Shown here piece after piece: positions 37,604-46,626 of a DNA stretch of 51,762 bases. Position 1 is the stretch's first letter. Every line of letters begins with the position of its first letter. The stretch covers positions 1 to 51,762 of the IMG/VR virus record IMGVR_UViG_3300020213_000040; one strand, 5' to 3'. The notes under the pieces were generated by a model. It was not told the DNA's origin. It searched no databases and was given only the letters and a program-made list of their open reading frames with translations. Source of the stretch: a virus. Its lineage: Duplodnaviria > Caudoviricetes. The translations under genes were made by a program, and so were the position numbers.

Positions 37604-38293
37604 ATGGCAAACCCTGATGGGCAAATTGGCGTTTTTGTACCTTTTGCCTTTATAGGCATTTGCGAAAGTTCCGCAGATGCGATTGTATTATCGACCATAC
37701 TTCAATGGACGAATATCAACACTGATGACCCACTACCGCAAGGCGTTTGCTGGTACGGTAACCATTTATGGGTTTCGAAAACCCACGAGGAATGGGCCGA
37801 GACGATACCCGTTGTTGTCAGCACTTTGGGTATGATTTTCCGCCGCCTAAAGAAGCAGGGGTATATTTTTTCGGAAGCCCACCGCTCGAAGCTGCACAAT
37901 GATCGCGTGGTAAATTTTGTGCGATTGAATGTGCGGTCTTTACCCTCTCTGGATGGCTACGCCTATCAAGTTCCTGTACGCGAATTGCCAGACGAACTAC
38001 CCAAACTGTCCAAGCGGGCAAGATTAAAAGCGGGGTGCGTTTATCTTATCCGGTCAGACGTGGGTTACTACAAAATCGGACGCACCGTCAACCCTGATAA
38101 CCGCATTACCACATTCGCTGTGAAACTGCCCTTCGACGTTGATTATATTTGCGTAATCGAAACGCCGGATATGTATGGGCTAGAACGTGAACTTCACCAG
38201 CGCTTTGCCAGTAAGCGCGTCAACGGTGAATGGTTTGCGCTCAACGACGACGATGTGGCGCATATCAAGTCATTGGTGGGGAAACGCGAATGA
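37604..38293 (+). CDS. Winged-helix domain fused to a GIY-YIG (T5orf172-like) domain
   Basis: WVSKTHEEWAE...RRLKKQGYI; VYLI...YKIGRT...LERELHQRF...GEWF. Confidence 0.8.
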   Translation: MANPDGQIGVFVPFAFIGICESSADAIVLSTILQWTNINTDDPLPQGVCWYGNHLWVSKTHEEWAETIPVVVSTLGMIFRRLKKQGYIFSEAHRSKLHNDRVVNFVRLNVRSLPSLDGYAYQVPVRELPDELPKLSKRARLKAGCVYLIRSDVGYYKIGRTVNPDNRITTFAVKLPFDVDYICVIETPDMYGLERELHQRFASKRVNGEWFALNDDDVAHIKSLVGKRE

Positions 38294-39078
38294 GTAACGA
38301 TCCATTCGAGGGCTTCGAGGGATTCGACTATCCCCGCGAAAACTGGTCGAAATTGCCGCATGTGTTTATCGAATATTTCCTGCCAAGAATTGATACGCTG
38401 GCGGAATTGAAACTGCTGCTTTATCTCTTGCGACATACGTGGGGCTTTGACGAATACGGCATCCCCAAGCACATTACGACAGATGAGTTTCAATTTGGGC
38501 GCAAACGAAGAGATGGCAGTCGATACGACAGCGGCACAGGACTTGGCAATGAAACCGTTCGGCGCGGACTCAAAGCGGCGCTGGCACATAATCTCATTCA
38601 GGTTGTGATTGATGACACTGATAAAGGGCGCATTGAAAAGCACTACACTTTACGCATGAAACAGACCCCTCAAGATGAGGGGTCGGCACGTAGACGGCGA
38701 GGGGTGCAACCCCCAGCACCGCAGACCGCAACCCCTGCCGCAAGGGAGCGATCAGAGAAAGAAACTCTCGAAAGAAACAGGGAGAAAGAAACTCTCGAAA
38801 GAAGCAAGTTCGAGAAAAGAGTGGGGGCGGTTCTCGCAAAACTAACGCGGGCGAAAATTAAGTTCGGCAACACGGACTATCCCGATAGGCGTGTCCTCAT
38901 CAAAGGCATCATCGAGGAATACGGCTACAAGACCGTTATGATGGCAATACAGGAAGCCGAGCGCGAAAACGCCCAGTGGTGGTCATACGTGGCTATCAAA
39001 CTCGAAGCGCAGCGTCAAGTTGTACTCACCGGAGAAGACTATATCTCAGGCGCACTTGCCGACTATATCGATCACTAG
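38290..39078 (+). CDS. Replication initiator-like protein (wHTH), plasmid module
   Basis: AELKLLLYLLRHTWGF...GTGL...; internal 22-bp repeats at 38755 and 38782; upstream of parA. Confidence 0.7.
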   Translation: MSNDPFEGFEGFDYPRENWSKLPHVFIEYFLPRIDTLAELKLLLYLLRHTWGFDEYGIPKHITTDEFQFGRKRRDGSRYDSGTGLGNETVRRGLKAALAHNLIQVVIDDTDKGRIEKHYTLRMKQTPQDEGSARRRRGVQPPAPQTATPAARERSEKETLERNREKETLERSKFEKRVGAVLAKLTRAKIKFGNTDYPDRRVLIKGIIEEYGYKTVMMAIQEAERENAQWWSYVAIKLEAQRQVVLTGEDYISGALADYIDH

Positions 39079-39086
39079 AGGTAAAT

Positions 39087-39884
39087 ATGTACATCGTTTC
39101 AGTTATCAATGAAAAAGGCGGCGTCGGAAAAACGACGGTTACAACTCATGTCGGAGCGGGACTAGCGGCTATGGGCTATCGTGTGATGCTGATTGACGCC
39201 GATCCGCAGGCACATACGACGTTTACGATGGGCGCGAAAAAATCAGGGCATCTTTATGACCTGCTCGTGCGTGAAGCCAGTTGGAAAGCTGTGTCTGAAG
39301 CCGTGAACCCAGCTTATTATGGTGACGACCCGGAAGCAAAGAGCCGACTGTTTCTCGTCGCGTCAAACACTGAGACGCGCAATATCGCTGGAAGCCTTCA
39401 AGAAGTTGGCGCTGGCGATACCGTATTGCGTGAACGGTTGATGGAACTAGCAGATGACATCGATGTGGTGCTGATCGACACCAGTCCGTCGCCATCCAAC
39501 TTCCACGCGATCATCTACATGGCTACTGATGCGATTCTGTATCCAACCGAATTAGAGGCACTTAGCTTCAACGGTTTGGGCGAGAGCCTCCGGCATCTCG
39601 CCCGCATCCAGAATCGGCGTATGAACGCAGGCTATGAGATGGCGAAGGTTATGGGCATCGTGCCGATGAAAACTCGGCCCAGACAAGTTGTTCATCAAGC
39701 TAACTATGAGCTGCTTTTGGAGCAGTTCAAAACCTACAAGATCTTCGAGCAGGTACAGCAGCGCGCAACATGGTCGGAAGCCAGCAAAGCGAAACAGCTA
39801 ATTTACACGTATGCTCCTCGCAGCGCGGCGACGAAAGAAGCGTGGCGGCTTGTTCAAGAGGTGAAGGCGAGGTTATCGGCATGA
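39087..39884 (+). CDS. parA: ParA partition ATPase
   Basis: KGGVGKTT deviant Walker A, IDADPQ, LIDTSP. Confidence 0.95.
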   Translation: MYIVSVINEKGGVGKTTVTTHVGAGLAAMGYRVMLIDADPQAHTTFTMGAKKSGHLYDLLVREASWKAVSEAVNPAYYGDDPEAKSRLFLVASNTETRNIAGSLQEVGAGDTVLRERLMELADDIDVVLIDTSPSPSNFHAIIYMATDAILYPTELEALSFNGLGESLRHLARIQNRRMNAGYEMAKVMGIVPMKTRPRQVVHQANYELLLEQFKTYKIFEQVQQRATWSEASKAKQLIYTYAPRSAATKEAWRLVQEVKARLSA

Positions 39885-40999
39885 GCAAGCTCAAGCGCAT
39901 GAGAGAGAACAGCAGCAATCCGTTTGCTGAAGAGGAAACGCCAACGACGAGCAATATCAGAGACTCGGACGGAGATCTCTTTGGCAATACGGCTCAGGCT
40001 GAAGCCAAACGTGGTGAACGCCTGAAGAAGTTGTCGATCTTCGACATTGAGCCTGACCCGACACAACCCCGGCGCACTATCCCTTCAGCCGTTCGCAATC
40101 TTTGGAATGGCGCGCCGACTATGCTGGGCAGAATGTTTGCCGATTGGGAGTCACTTGCTCAACAGGAATGCGGAAATCAAGCGCCGCTCATCCGGCAACG
40201 CCTAGATGGTCAGGAGGTCGAGAGCGACGATTCACTGCCGCCGATCACCGACGCGCTGCTGAAGCTGGTCACACTTGCGATCAGAATCAAACAAGAAGGC
40301 TTGACCAATCCGATCACCGTTGTCGAATACGAGCCGAGTCGCTATCGGCTTGTCACTGGCGAACGTCGTTGGTTGGCTCATCATCTGCTGTACGCTTACA
40401 GCACCGGCGATAAGCAGTGGTCGAATATCGCCGCACAGGTCGTCAAAAGGACTGACCGATTCGCGCAGGCCAGCGAGAACACGGCTCGCGGCAATCTCAA
40501 TATGGTTGCCCGAAGTCGGCAGTGGGCATTACTCGTCATGGCACAGCACGAAGCGAGTGGCGAATATCAGTTTGCCCCCTATGGCGAGTTCGAGAAAGAT
40601 GTGGACTACTATCGGCAGGTTGGCGAACTCGCAGCGCTTGACGCGGCAGCCGTGATGAGTGCCTGTGGTGTACGAAATAAAGCCTCTCTCAGTCAGTATC
40701 GGAAGGTGTTGAATCTCTCGCCACAGGACTGGACGAGAGCCGACGATGAGAACTGGGGACGTCGGCAGATTGATGAGCTTTTAGGGGTCATCGAGGAGTC
40801 TGATGCTGAGGGAAGGTTTACCGCGGTTAACCCTCCCTCGACTAAGCACAAAAAACGTACAAAGCCAAAAGGCTTCGACGACCACCTAGCGACGTTCATT
40901 TCCTCGGCTCGAAAACACAAGGCAAAAGCCAGCGCTGACGAGCGCCGGGCAACCGCTCGACTACTTCGGCAGCTTGCCGACGAGATGGAGCAAGGCTGA
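39881..40999 (+). CDS. parB: ParB-like partition protein
   Basis: PDPTQPRR, GLTNPITV, TGERRWLA, ENTAR. Confidence 0.9.
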   Translation: MSKLKRMRENSSNPFAEEETPTTSNIRDSDGDLFGNTAQAEAKRGERLKKLSIFDIEPDPTQPRRTIPSAVRNLWNGAPTMLGRMFADWESLAQQECGNQAPLIRQRLDGQEVESDDSLPPITDALLKLVTLAIRIKQEGLTNPITVVEYEPSRYRLVTGERRWLAHHLLYAYSTGDKQWSNIAAQVVKRTDRFAQASENTARGNLNMVARSRQWALLVMAQHEASGEYQFAPYGEFEKDVDYYRQVGELAALDAAAVMSACGVRNKASLSQYRKVLNLSPQDWTRADDENWGRRQIDELLGVIEESDAEGRFTAVNPPSTKHKKRTKPKGFDDHLATFISSARKHKAKASADERRATARLLRQLADEMEQG

Positions 41000-41307
41000 T
41001 GGCTGACGATGATTCGGCTTTGACATTTGAGTTGGAAAATCTAGGCTTCGATCTCTGGAGGGGCTTGATTTTGACTGGTCGGCAGCTTCAGCAAGGGCAG
41101 CCCGGTAGGTTAACGGAATTGATTATCGAGTCTCTCAACGAGATGTTTGAGGCCGAGGCAAACAAGTATGGAGTTGATCTGAAGGCGATTCGCGCCGCTG
41201 GTGGTGGTACGACAATTGCCGAAGAGAATGTGATTGGCGGCCTGCTGGTCGAGTTTGCATTTAGACTGAAAGGCAAAACCTTCAACCCGGCTGACCCAAA
41301 GATATAG
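40999..41307 (+). CDS. Hypothetical protein
   Basis: TGATG coupling to parB. Confidence 0.6.
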   Translation: MADDDSALTFELENLGFDLWRGLILTGRQLQQGQPGRLTELIIESLNEMFEAEANKYGVDLKAIRAAGGGTTIAEENVIGGLLVEFAFRLKGKTFNPADPKI

Positions 41308-41347
41308 AGTTATAGCTAACTCCCCTACTGCTATTTCTGCCTGTTGG

Positions 41348-41383
41348 AAAGCGCTCCGTCTAAGCTCAGACCGGGCGCTTTTT
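41348..41383 (+). terminator. Intrinsic terminator of the rep-par operon
   Basis: AAAGCGCTC...GGGCGCTTTTT. Confidence 0.65.
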
Positions 41384-41501
41384 GTTGTTTATTGCGGTGG
41401 GAGAGGGCAGTCGGCGACATAATTGCTGCCATAATTTACGTCGAACAGTTGACCCCGATTTGGGATAAATCGCCGGCCTGATAAATGACCCTCGGAGTAA
41501 T

Positions 41502-41999
41502 TTACATCAGCCGTCCGGCGATCACCACCGCGAGCGGTATAGCGATCAGAAGCAGCAGAACAAACATCAACTTTCGTAGGATGCCCAGAGCGCGCACTCC
41601 GGGCAGCGGCTCCCCGGCGAGTGCTTCCATGCGCTGACCTTCGTTGTGATAGAGGACATTGGCGATGATACCGGGGATGAAAAACACACAGTACAGTACC
41701 ATCACGATCACTACCGCGCCGGTGTAGCTTTTCATTCGAGCATTCGAGCGATCAAGATCATACGCAGTATAGCCGCGATTGCTCATGGCGCTCTGATTCG
41801 CATAAGCCGATGCAGGCAAGGGCGGCGGAGCCGGGATTACGGATCGTTGGCGTCGTGGTGGAGTAGCAACCTTAGCGAGCTTCGCCAGCCACTTTTGAGC
41901 CGTCGGCTCGTCGGGCATTGTCTCTAGCAACGTGCGTGCCTCGCCGTAACGTTTTTCTTGAATGAATTCGCGGGCAGCAAGCAGTTTGGCTTTCGACAT
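41502..41999 (-). CDS. Membrane protein with TPR-like N-terminus (possible superinfection exclusion)
   Basis: AREFIQEKRYGEARTLLE...; two TM segments; downstream of the repressor. Confidence 0.65.
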   Translation of the reverse strand: MSKAKLLAAREFIQEKRYGEARTLLETMPDEPTAQKWLAKLAKVATPPRRQRSVIPAPPPLPASAYANQSAMSNRGYTAYDLDRSNARMKSYTGAVVIVMVLYCVFFIPGIIANVLYHNEGQRMEALAGEPLPGVRALGILRKLMFVLLLLIAIPLAVVIAGRLM

Positions 42000-42085
42000 A
42001 TGCTTTGAACCTTAACCCGTTAGCAGATCTATGAACAAGTGTTATTACGGTTTACATCAATTTGGAATTTCATACGGCTGTTCTA

Positions 42086-42114
42086 TAGACAAAAGCGAAC
42101 ATTGGTTCTATTCT
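42086..42114 (+). promoter_or_regulatory. Promoter with a LexA (SOS) box between -35 and -10
   Basis: TAGACA-17-TATTCT with CGAAC-ATTG-GTTCT at 42096-42109. Confidence 0.7.
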
Positions 42115-42148
42115 TGGTAATATTCTATATGTTAAGGTTCTGTGATCT

Positions 42149-42349
42149 ATGCTTACGGTTTCCGAACTATATATATTAGCATGGTATAGATTACTCAACG
42201 ATGTCGAGCGCCTCATCGTTCGCTGTGGTATCTACACCGGAGATGCCAGTTTGATTATCTGGTTCTGGAGTGACGGCATCAGCAGCTACCCGCATGATGC
42301 CTCTGAGGTCGCCCTTGCGGAAAGCCATCAGCAGCTTCCACTCCTGTGA
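42149..42349 (+). CDS. Putative SOS-induced small protein (antirepressor candidate), antisense to the repressor
   Basis: ATG 35 nt after the LexA-box promoter; overlaps the repressor 3' end. Confidence 0.45.
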   Translation: MLTVSELYILAWYRLLNDVERLIVRCGIYTGDASLIIWFWSDGISSYPHDASEVALAESHQQLPLL

Positions 42350-42601
42350 TGTTAGTTCTTTTTCATGTAAGTGTTCGTCGTGTTTATCAACGAGTCCTAG
42401 TAACCAGTCGGCTGTTACTTCTAATTCTTCTGCGAGCCGCACCAATACATCGGGACTCGGATCAGCTTTACCATTTTCATATTTGTTAAGCTGGCTTTGA
42501 CCAGAACCGAGGCGCTCCGCGAGTTCCTCTTGAGTAAGATCGCGGCGTTCGCGTATTGCTTTTAAGCGGTCACCTCTAAATACATTGTTGCGCTTTGTCA
42601 T
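42191..42601 (-). CDS. CI-like XRE repressor without a peptidase domain
   Basis: RLKAIRERRDLTQEELAERLG...YENGKADP...ADWLLG. Confidence 0.9.
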   Translation of the reverse strand: MTKRNNVFRGDRLKAIRERRDLTQEELAERLGSGQSQLNKYENGKADPSPDVLVRLAEELEVTADWLLGLVDKHDEHLHEKELTSQEWKLLMAFRKGDLRGIMRVAADAVTPEPDNQTGISGVDTTANDEALDIVE

Positions 42602-42645
42602 TACAGACTCCAGTTGATTACAGAGAGAATAACTTAACTGATTGC

Positions 42646-42727
42646 TTGACACTATGTTCAAATAAGCATATAATTTTTATGCCTAAATAGGCATTTTTCT
42701 TGAGTTGATTTATGTCTACTTAGACAT
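42646..42727 (+). promoter_or_regulatory. Consensus lytic promoter with three operators
   Basis: TTGACA-17-TATAAT at 42646-42674; ATGYYYA-NN-TARRCAT palindromes at 42654, 42679, 42712. Confidence 0.85.
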
Positions 42728-42744
42728 AAAGAAAGGTATCCTAG

Positions 42745-43014
42745 ATGTCCATAAAGAAGGCTCATCGGCTGGAGGAGATCGCGCAAGAACGCGGTGTTTC
42801 TGTCGGTGAACTGCTTCCGGCGACCATTGAAAAACATGGCTCGGTGCTTGGGGCTGCTCATGATCTGAAGGTTGCTCCTAACACGATTCACAACTGGCTT
42901 GCCAACAACGGGCTTCATGTAGAAACACGGCAGGTTGCGACTGTTGTGCCTCTTAACAAACAGACTATCACGCAAAAGGCCCGTGTGCCGGAATCGCATC
43001 CAAATGGCACATAA
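42745..43014 (+). CDS. Cro-like HTH protein
   Basis: Divergent from the repressor; GSVLGAAHDLKVAPNTIHNWL HTH. Confidence 0.75.
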   Translation: MSIKKAHRLEEIAQERGVSVGELLPATIEKHGSVLGAAHDLKVAPNTIHNWLANNGLHVETRQVATVVPLNKQTITQKARVPESHPNGT

Positions 43015-43172
43015 ATCGCAGCAAAACAGCACACAAATCGACTATCGAACAGCAGCACTCGCCGCTTTATCGGCAGTGCTGATCGTCGCTTGGCGGAATG
43101 AGCGTCGTCGTCGTCATCACGCCGTAGCCGGCGCGGCTGTTCTTCGTGAACATGCGCGGTCAGGGGGCAACG

Positions 43173-43472
43173 GTGGGTAGGAAGTACATCGACGGCTACG
43201 ACAACAAGACCATAGCAAGAGAGGTGCGCGACCTCGTAGAGCGCATCATCGACAGCTCGCTAGACGGCGTGATGGCCAGCATTGAAGGCAACGACGCGGT
43301 GGTGCTGAAAAAGTACCGTGACGTGCTGGCAGATGCACGGAAGGTGCAAGAAATTGCCCGCCTGATGGCTGAAGGCGAGCATGAGGCAGCGATGGACATC
43401 GTTATGGACACCAATCCATTCATAAAGCCGCAGGAGGACATCGCACATGGACACAAACGCACCGGCAGTTAA
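43173..43472 (+). CDS. Hypothetical protein
   Basis: Co-directional helical ORF; start uncertain. Confidence 0.55.
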   Translation: MGRKYIDGYDNKTIAREVRDLVERIIDSSLDGVMASIEGNDAVVLKKYRDVLADARKVQEIARLMAEGEHEAAMDIVMDTNPFIKPQEDIAHGHKRTGS

Positions 43473-43743
43473 GCCGAAACGCAAGTATGTCACCAAGAAA
43501 ATGCGGGCTGCCCAGAAGCGCGAGGCACGTCGTCAGCGCCGAGCTGAACGGCTAGCAGAAGGGCGTTTCGATACGGATGCCCGGAACATTGCCCACGCTG
43601 AAAAGCAGCGTCAGAGCGGTAGCAATCAGCCGCGCCGATGGCCGCTCAACATGGAGCGCTGGGCACCCACACGTCGCCAGCGCTGGCAGGCGAAAACAGA
43701 ACGCCGTCTCGTTCGAGAACAGGAGCGGGGCACTGTCTCCTAA
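43447..43743 (+). CDS. Arginine-rich basic protein
   Basis: AGGAGG RBS; KREARRQRRAERLAE. Confidence 0.6.
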   Translation: MDTNAPAVKPKRKYVTKKMRAAQKREARRQRRAERLAEGRFDTDARNIAHAEKQRQSGSNQPRRWPLNMERWAPTRRQRWQAKTERRLVREQERGTVS

Positions 43744-43964
43744 TGAACTACGAAATCGTACTCCGGCCAGTAGTCGGCTGCGCTGACCGCTCGACTGGAA
43801 GCCTCTCAGAGCTAGTGATCCATCTCCGCGGATGGTTCCAAGCGCTGAATGATGCGGGCTACGTGATCGTCTACGAAGTCGCTAAATGCGAATGGTCGAT
43901 CTTACATCCGAACGTGGGCTTGTTGAGTCGTGTCACGCTCGAAGTATCCATCAAGAAAGGCTAG
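43743..43964 (+). CDS. Hypothetical protein
   Basis: TAATG coupling. Confidence 0.5.
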   Translation: MNYEIVLRPVVGCADRSTGSLSELVIHLRGWFQALNDAGYVIVYEVAKCEWSILHPNVGLLSRVTLEVSIKKG

Positions 43965-43966
43965 CT

Positions 43967-44350
43967 ATGGCAAAGAAATCCGGTTGCGACGAGATCGAGC
44001 TAGGCAAACTGTACGCGAACGCGCAGCAGCGAAACCCCGGCAACTGGCACGGCTTCTGCACGGCGGAGGTTGTGAGCAGCACTGGCGAACGGCGCATCAT
44101 TCGGATGCGGCAGCCGGAGATCGTGTTCGACCCAGATGAAACGCAGTCGGGTGAGCCTATGCAGGCGGTGGATTTCGTCGGCTTGGAAGAAGCGGCGCGC
44201 GTTGTTCGCTCGATTCGTAATCATCAACCACAGCCGGAGTCGGAGCCTGAATCAGCCGTATGGCTGCCGCTTCCCACGCCGCGCATGTTATGGCGCTTCA
44301 TTGTTTGGTACTGGAGCGTGGTCGCGGAGTGGTTCGATGAGCGCAAATAA
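43967..44350 (+). CDS. Hypothetical protein
   Basis: AAAGG RBS. Confidence 0.55.
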   Translation: MAKKSGCDEIELGKLYANAQQRNPGNWHGFCTAEVVSSTGERRIIRMRQPEIVFDPDETQSGEPMQAVDFVGLEEAARVVRSIRNHQPQPESEPESAVWLPLPTPRMLWRFIVWYWSVVAEWFDERK

Positions 44351-44615
44351 CGCACCCGAACGACGCCAGCTATTACAGCTCAAGCGCGGCACGAATTCCA
44401 ATCGCTACAGTCCGCGAGATGGCGGCATGAAGCTCGACAACTACCTGCTTGACCCGCAGCGCAGTCTCACGACGCTCGCCGAATCGCCGCAAACGGCTGT
44501 GCCAGCCGGCGCGCTGTCGGGCCGCGGCGCGCCGCTCAACTCAGGAACTAACCGCTCGATCATCGAGCGTGATCGTTCAACTTCGATCAATTCAGTACAG
44601 GAGGTCAGAGCAATC

Positions 44616-45065
44616 GTGAACGTGAAAAAGATCATGGTGAAAAAGGGCATCACGCTCAGTCTGGGCAACTTCGAGAACAAGCGTGTCGACGTGATGATGG
44701 AGGCAGAGATTCAAGCTGGCGACCATTGGGACGAGGCAACGGCAGAACTCGCGGCACGGGTTAATTCGGTGCTTATGGCTGAAGCGGAGCCATACCTGAG
44801 CTTGATGTGCGATGCACAGCGCGAAGACTGGCTCGTTCGTTTCGGGCAGTTGCCGACGGCGAAGCAGATTGACGAAGGCTTGCAAGAGCAACTTGCAAAC
44901 AGTGATCCCGGCACGAATCCGGCGGATGGCCCGTACCCCGGCTATCGCGGTGATGATGACGATAAAGATGACGACGGCGAAATCGAGCATCTTCGCGCCG
45001 ATGACGACGGTATGCCGCCGTCTGTCCGTGTGATCGACGGAGATCTCAACGAAACCCTTCAGTAG
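44616..45065 (+). CDS. Hypothetical phage protein with acidic tail
   Basis: AGGAGG RBS before GTG; SLGNFENKRVDV motif. Confidence 0.6.
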   Translation: MNVKKIMVKKGITLSLGNFENKRVDVMMEAEIQAGDHWDEATAELAARVNSVLMAEAEPYLSLMCDAQREDWLVRFGQLPTAKQIDEGLQEQLANSDPGTNPADGPYPGYRGDDDDKDDDGEIEHLRADDDGMPPSVRVIDGDLNETLQ

Positions 45066-45089
45066 CTCCTTTTGCCTTTAACCAAGCAC

Positions 45090-45117
45090 GGGGCGTTTTT
45101 AGGACGCCCCATTTTTT
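45090..45117 (+). terminator. Intrinsic terminator inside the early operon
   Basis: GGGGCGTT-TTTAG-GACGCCCC-ATTTTTT. Confidence 0.6.
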
Positions 45118-45148
45118 CCAAGTTCGATTTTAAGTGAGGATGAGAGAC

Positions 45149-46375
45149 ATGCCGATCAAGCGTTTTACAGAAATGAAACCGTTGGGCGCGGGACTTCCGC
45201 GTATCGCCAAGCTGTACAAAGGGGATGAGCGGCCCGAAGAAGGCAATCGTCCCGGCAAAGACCTGAACTATTTCCGTATCGAGTTCGAGGAGCCTTACGC
45301 GCATCTGCGTCCCGTTTGGGAAATGATGTACGGCAAAGAGCCAGCCGTATTCGAGAACGTGTTTTTCCCTGCACCAACCATCGACGAAGCAATGGAATCG
45401 TGGATGGAAGAATGGGTAGCTTCGAAGCGACTGCATCAATGCGACGGCGACGAGCAGCATACTTGGTACAACGCTGAACTCGGCATCCAAAGCACAGCAC
45501 GTATCCCCTGTGCCAGTCCAGCCTGCAAATGCAAGCACACGGGCCGGCTGAAGCTGTGGATGCCGGATTTCATGCAGGAAGCCGGTGTGTTCGGCTACCT
45601 CGCTCTTAACACACACAGCCAGTACGACATCTTGACGCTCGTTGGCTACATGCACGACATCCTACGTCTTCACGGACGACTCGACGGTGTGCCGTTCATT
45701 CTTGGCCGCGCACCACGCGAGGTCAGCGTTCCGAAGCCAAATGGCAAGCCCGGTGAGCGCATCAAGGTCAAAAAGTCGCTGCTCTATTTGCGGGTTACAG
45801 AGGTATTCGCACGACACATTCTTATTCCTGCGATTGCTGCCGGTGGTGCAATGCCCGCACTTCCAGCGCCGCAACCCGATCAGCTACCAACCAATGTGGC
45901 GCGTGAGTTACTTGGCGGCGGAGGCAAGCAGCGTCGTATGGGCGTAGAGCCGCCGACGCAGCAAGGGCAGGGCGAAGAAGCCGAAACGCCAGTTTCGTTC
46001 CTCGTCGATCTGACGCGCCGCACGAAATTCCTCGCGTGGGCCAAGACGCAACTCCGGCTAAACGATGCAGACGTTTATAGGGCGTTGAACATCGTCCATG
46101 CCATGTCGAATGATGGTGTGGCAATGGGGGATTGGGACGCTTTTGTCGGCAGTGAAAAGCTCGCTATGTCCGCATGTGTCGCAGCCGCAGGCCGCTATGA
46201 CGCAGATGAGATCAACGCACTGACGAGCAGCTCGGCGCTGAAGCTCAAAGAGGAAACGCGCCACGAACTGTATGAACTCACCTGCGATATTGCCGAACGC
46301 TACCAATCACGGGAGGTCGATGAAAGCGACGAGATCCTTGATGCCGAGATTCTTGAGGAAGAGCCGGAAGCATGA
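45149..46375 (+). CDS. Recombination-associated protein (resembles gp3/RDF-like family)
   Basis: PGKDLNYFRI, QCDG, CASPACKCK..GRL pattern. Confidence 0.55.
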   Translation: MPIKRFTEMKPLGAGLPRIAKLYKGDERPEEGNRPGKDLNYFRIEFEEPYAHLRPVWEMMYGKEPAVFENVFFPAPTIDEAMESWMEEWVASKRLHQCDGDEQHTWYNAELGIQSTARIPCASPACKCKHTGRLKLWMPDFMQEAGVFGYLALNTHSQYDILTLVGYMHDILRLHGRLDGVPFILGRAPREVSVPKPNGKPGERIKVKKSLLYLRVTEVFARHILIPAIAAGGAMPALPAPQPDQLPTNVARELLGGGGKQRRMGVEPPTQQGQGEEAETPVSFLVDLTRRTKFLAWAKTQLRLNDADVYRALNIVHAMSNDGVAMGDWDAFVGSEKLAMSACVAAAGRYDADEINALTSSSALKLKEETRHELYELTCDIAERYQSREVDESDEILDAEILEEEPEA

Positions 46376-46626
46376 TCGACGTTTGGGAGCGAGAAGCGCG
46401 ATTTCTCTCCGAGCGGCTTCTCGAAATGGAACTTGGCGACGAGCTGATATTCGCCAATGGCATGACGGTGAAGCGGAATCGAGGCCGCTTTACCGTCCTT
46501 GATCGGGGTGCAGCCCACGACGCTTTCATTGGCCGTTCAACTGCTGACAACGTTGCGGAAGCCGCTAATTCCGTGATCGACCACTTATCTTCGCTGCGCG
46601 GCGAAGCAGATCGGCGGCTGCCATGA
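46372..46626 (+). CDS. Hypothetical protein
   Basis: ATGA coupling. Confidence 0.55.
   Translation: MIDVWEREARFLSERLLEMELGDELIFANGMTVKRNRGRFTVLDRGAAHDAFIGRSTADNVAEAANSVIDHLSSLRGEADRRLP

Noticed and set aside
41415-41446. CGACATAA...TTACGTCGAAC as a dif site
   Set aside because: The arms are 13 bp apart, not the 6-8 bp Xer requires.
45149-46375. RDF-like protein as evidence for integration
   Set aside because: No partner integrase is visible, and it sits among replication/recombination genes.
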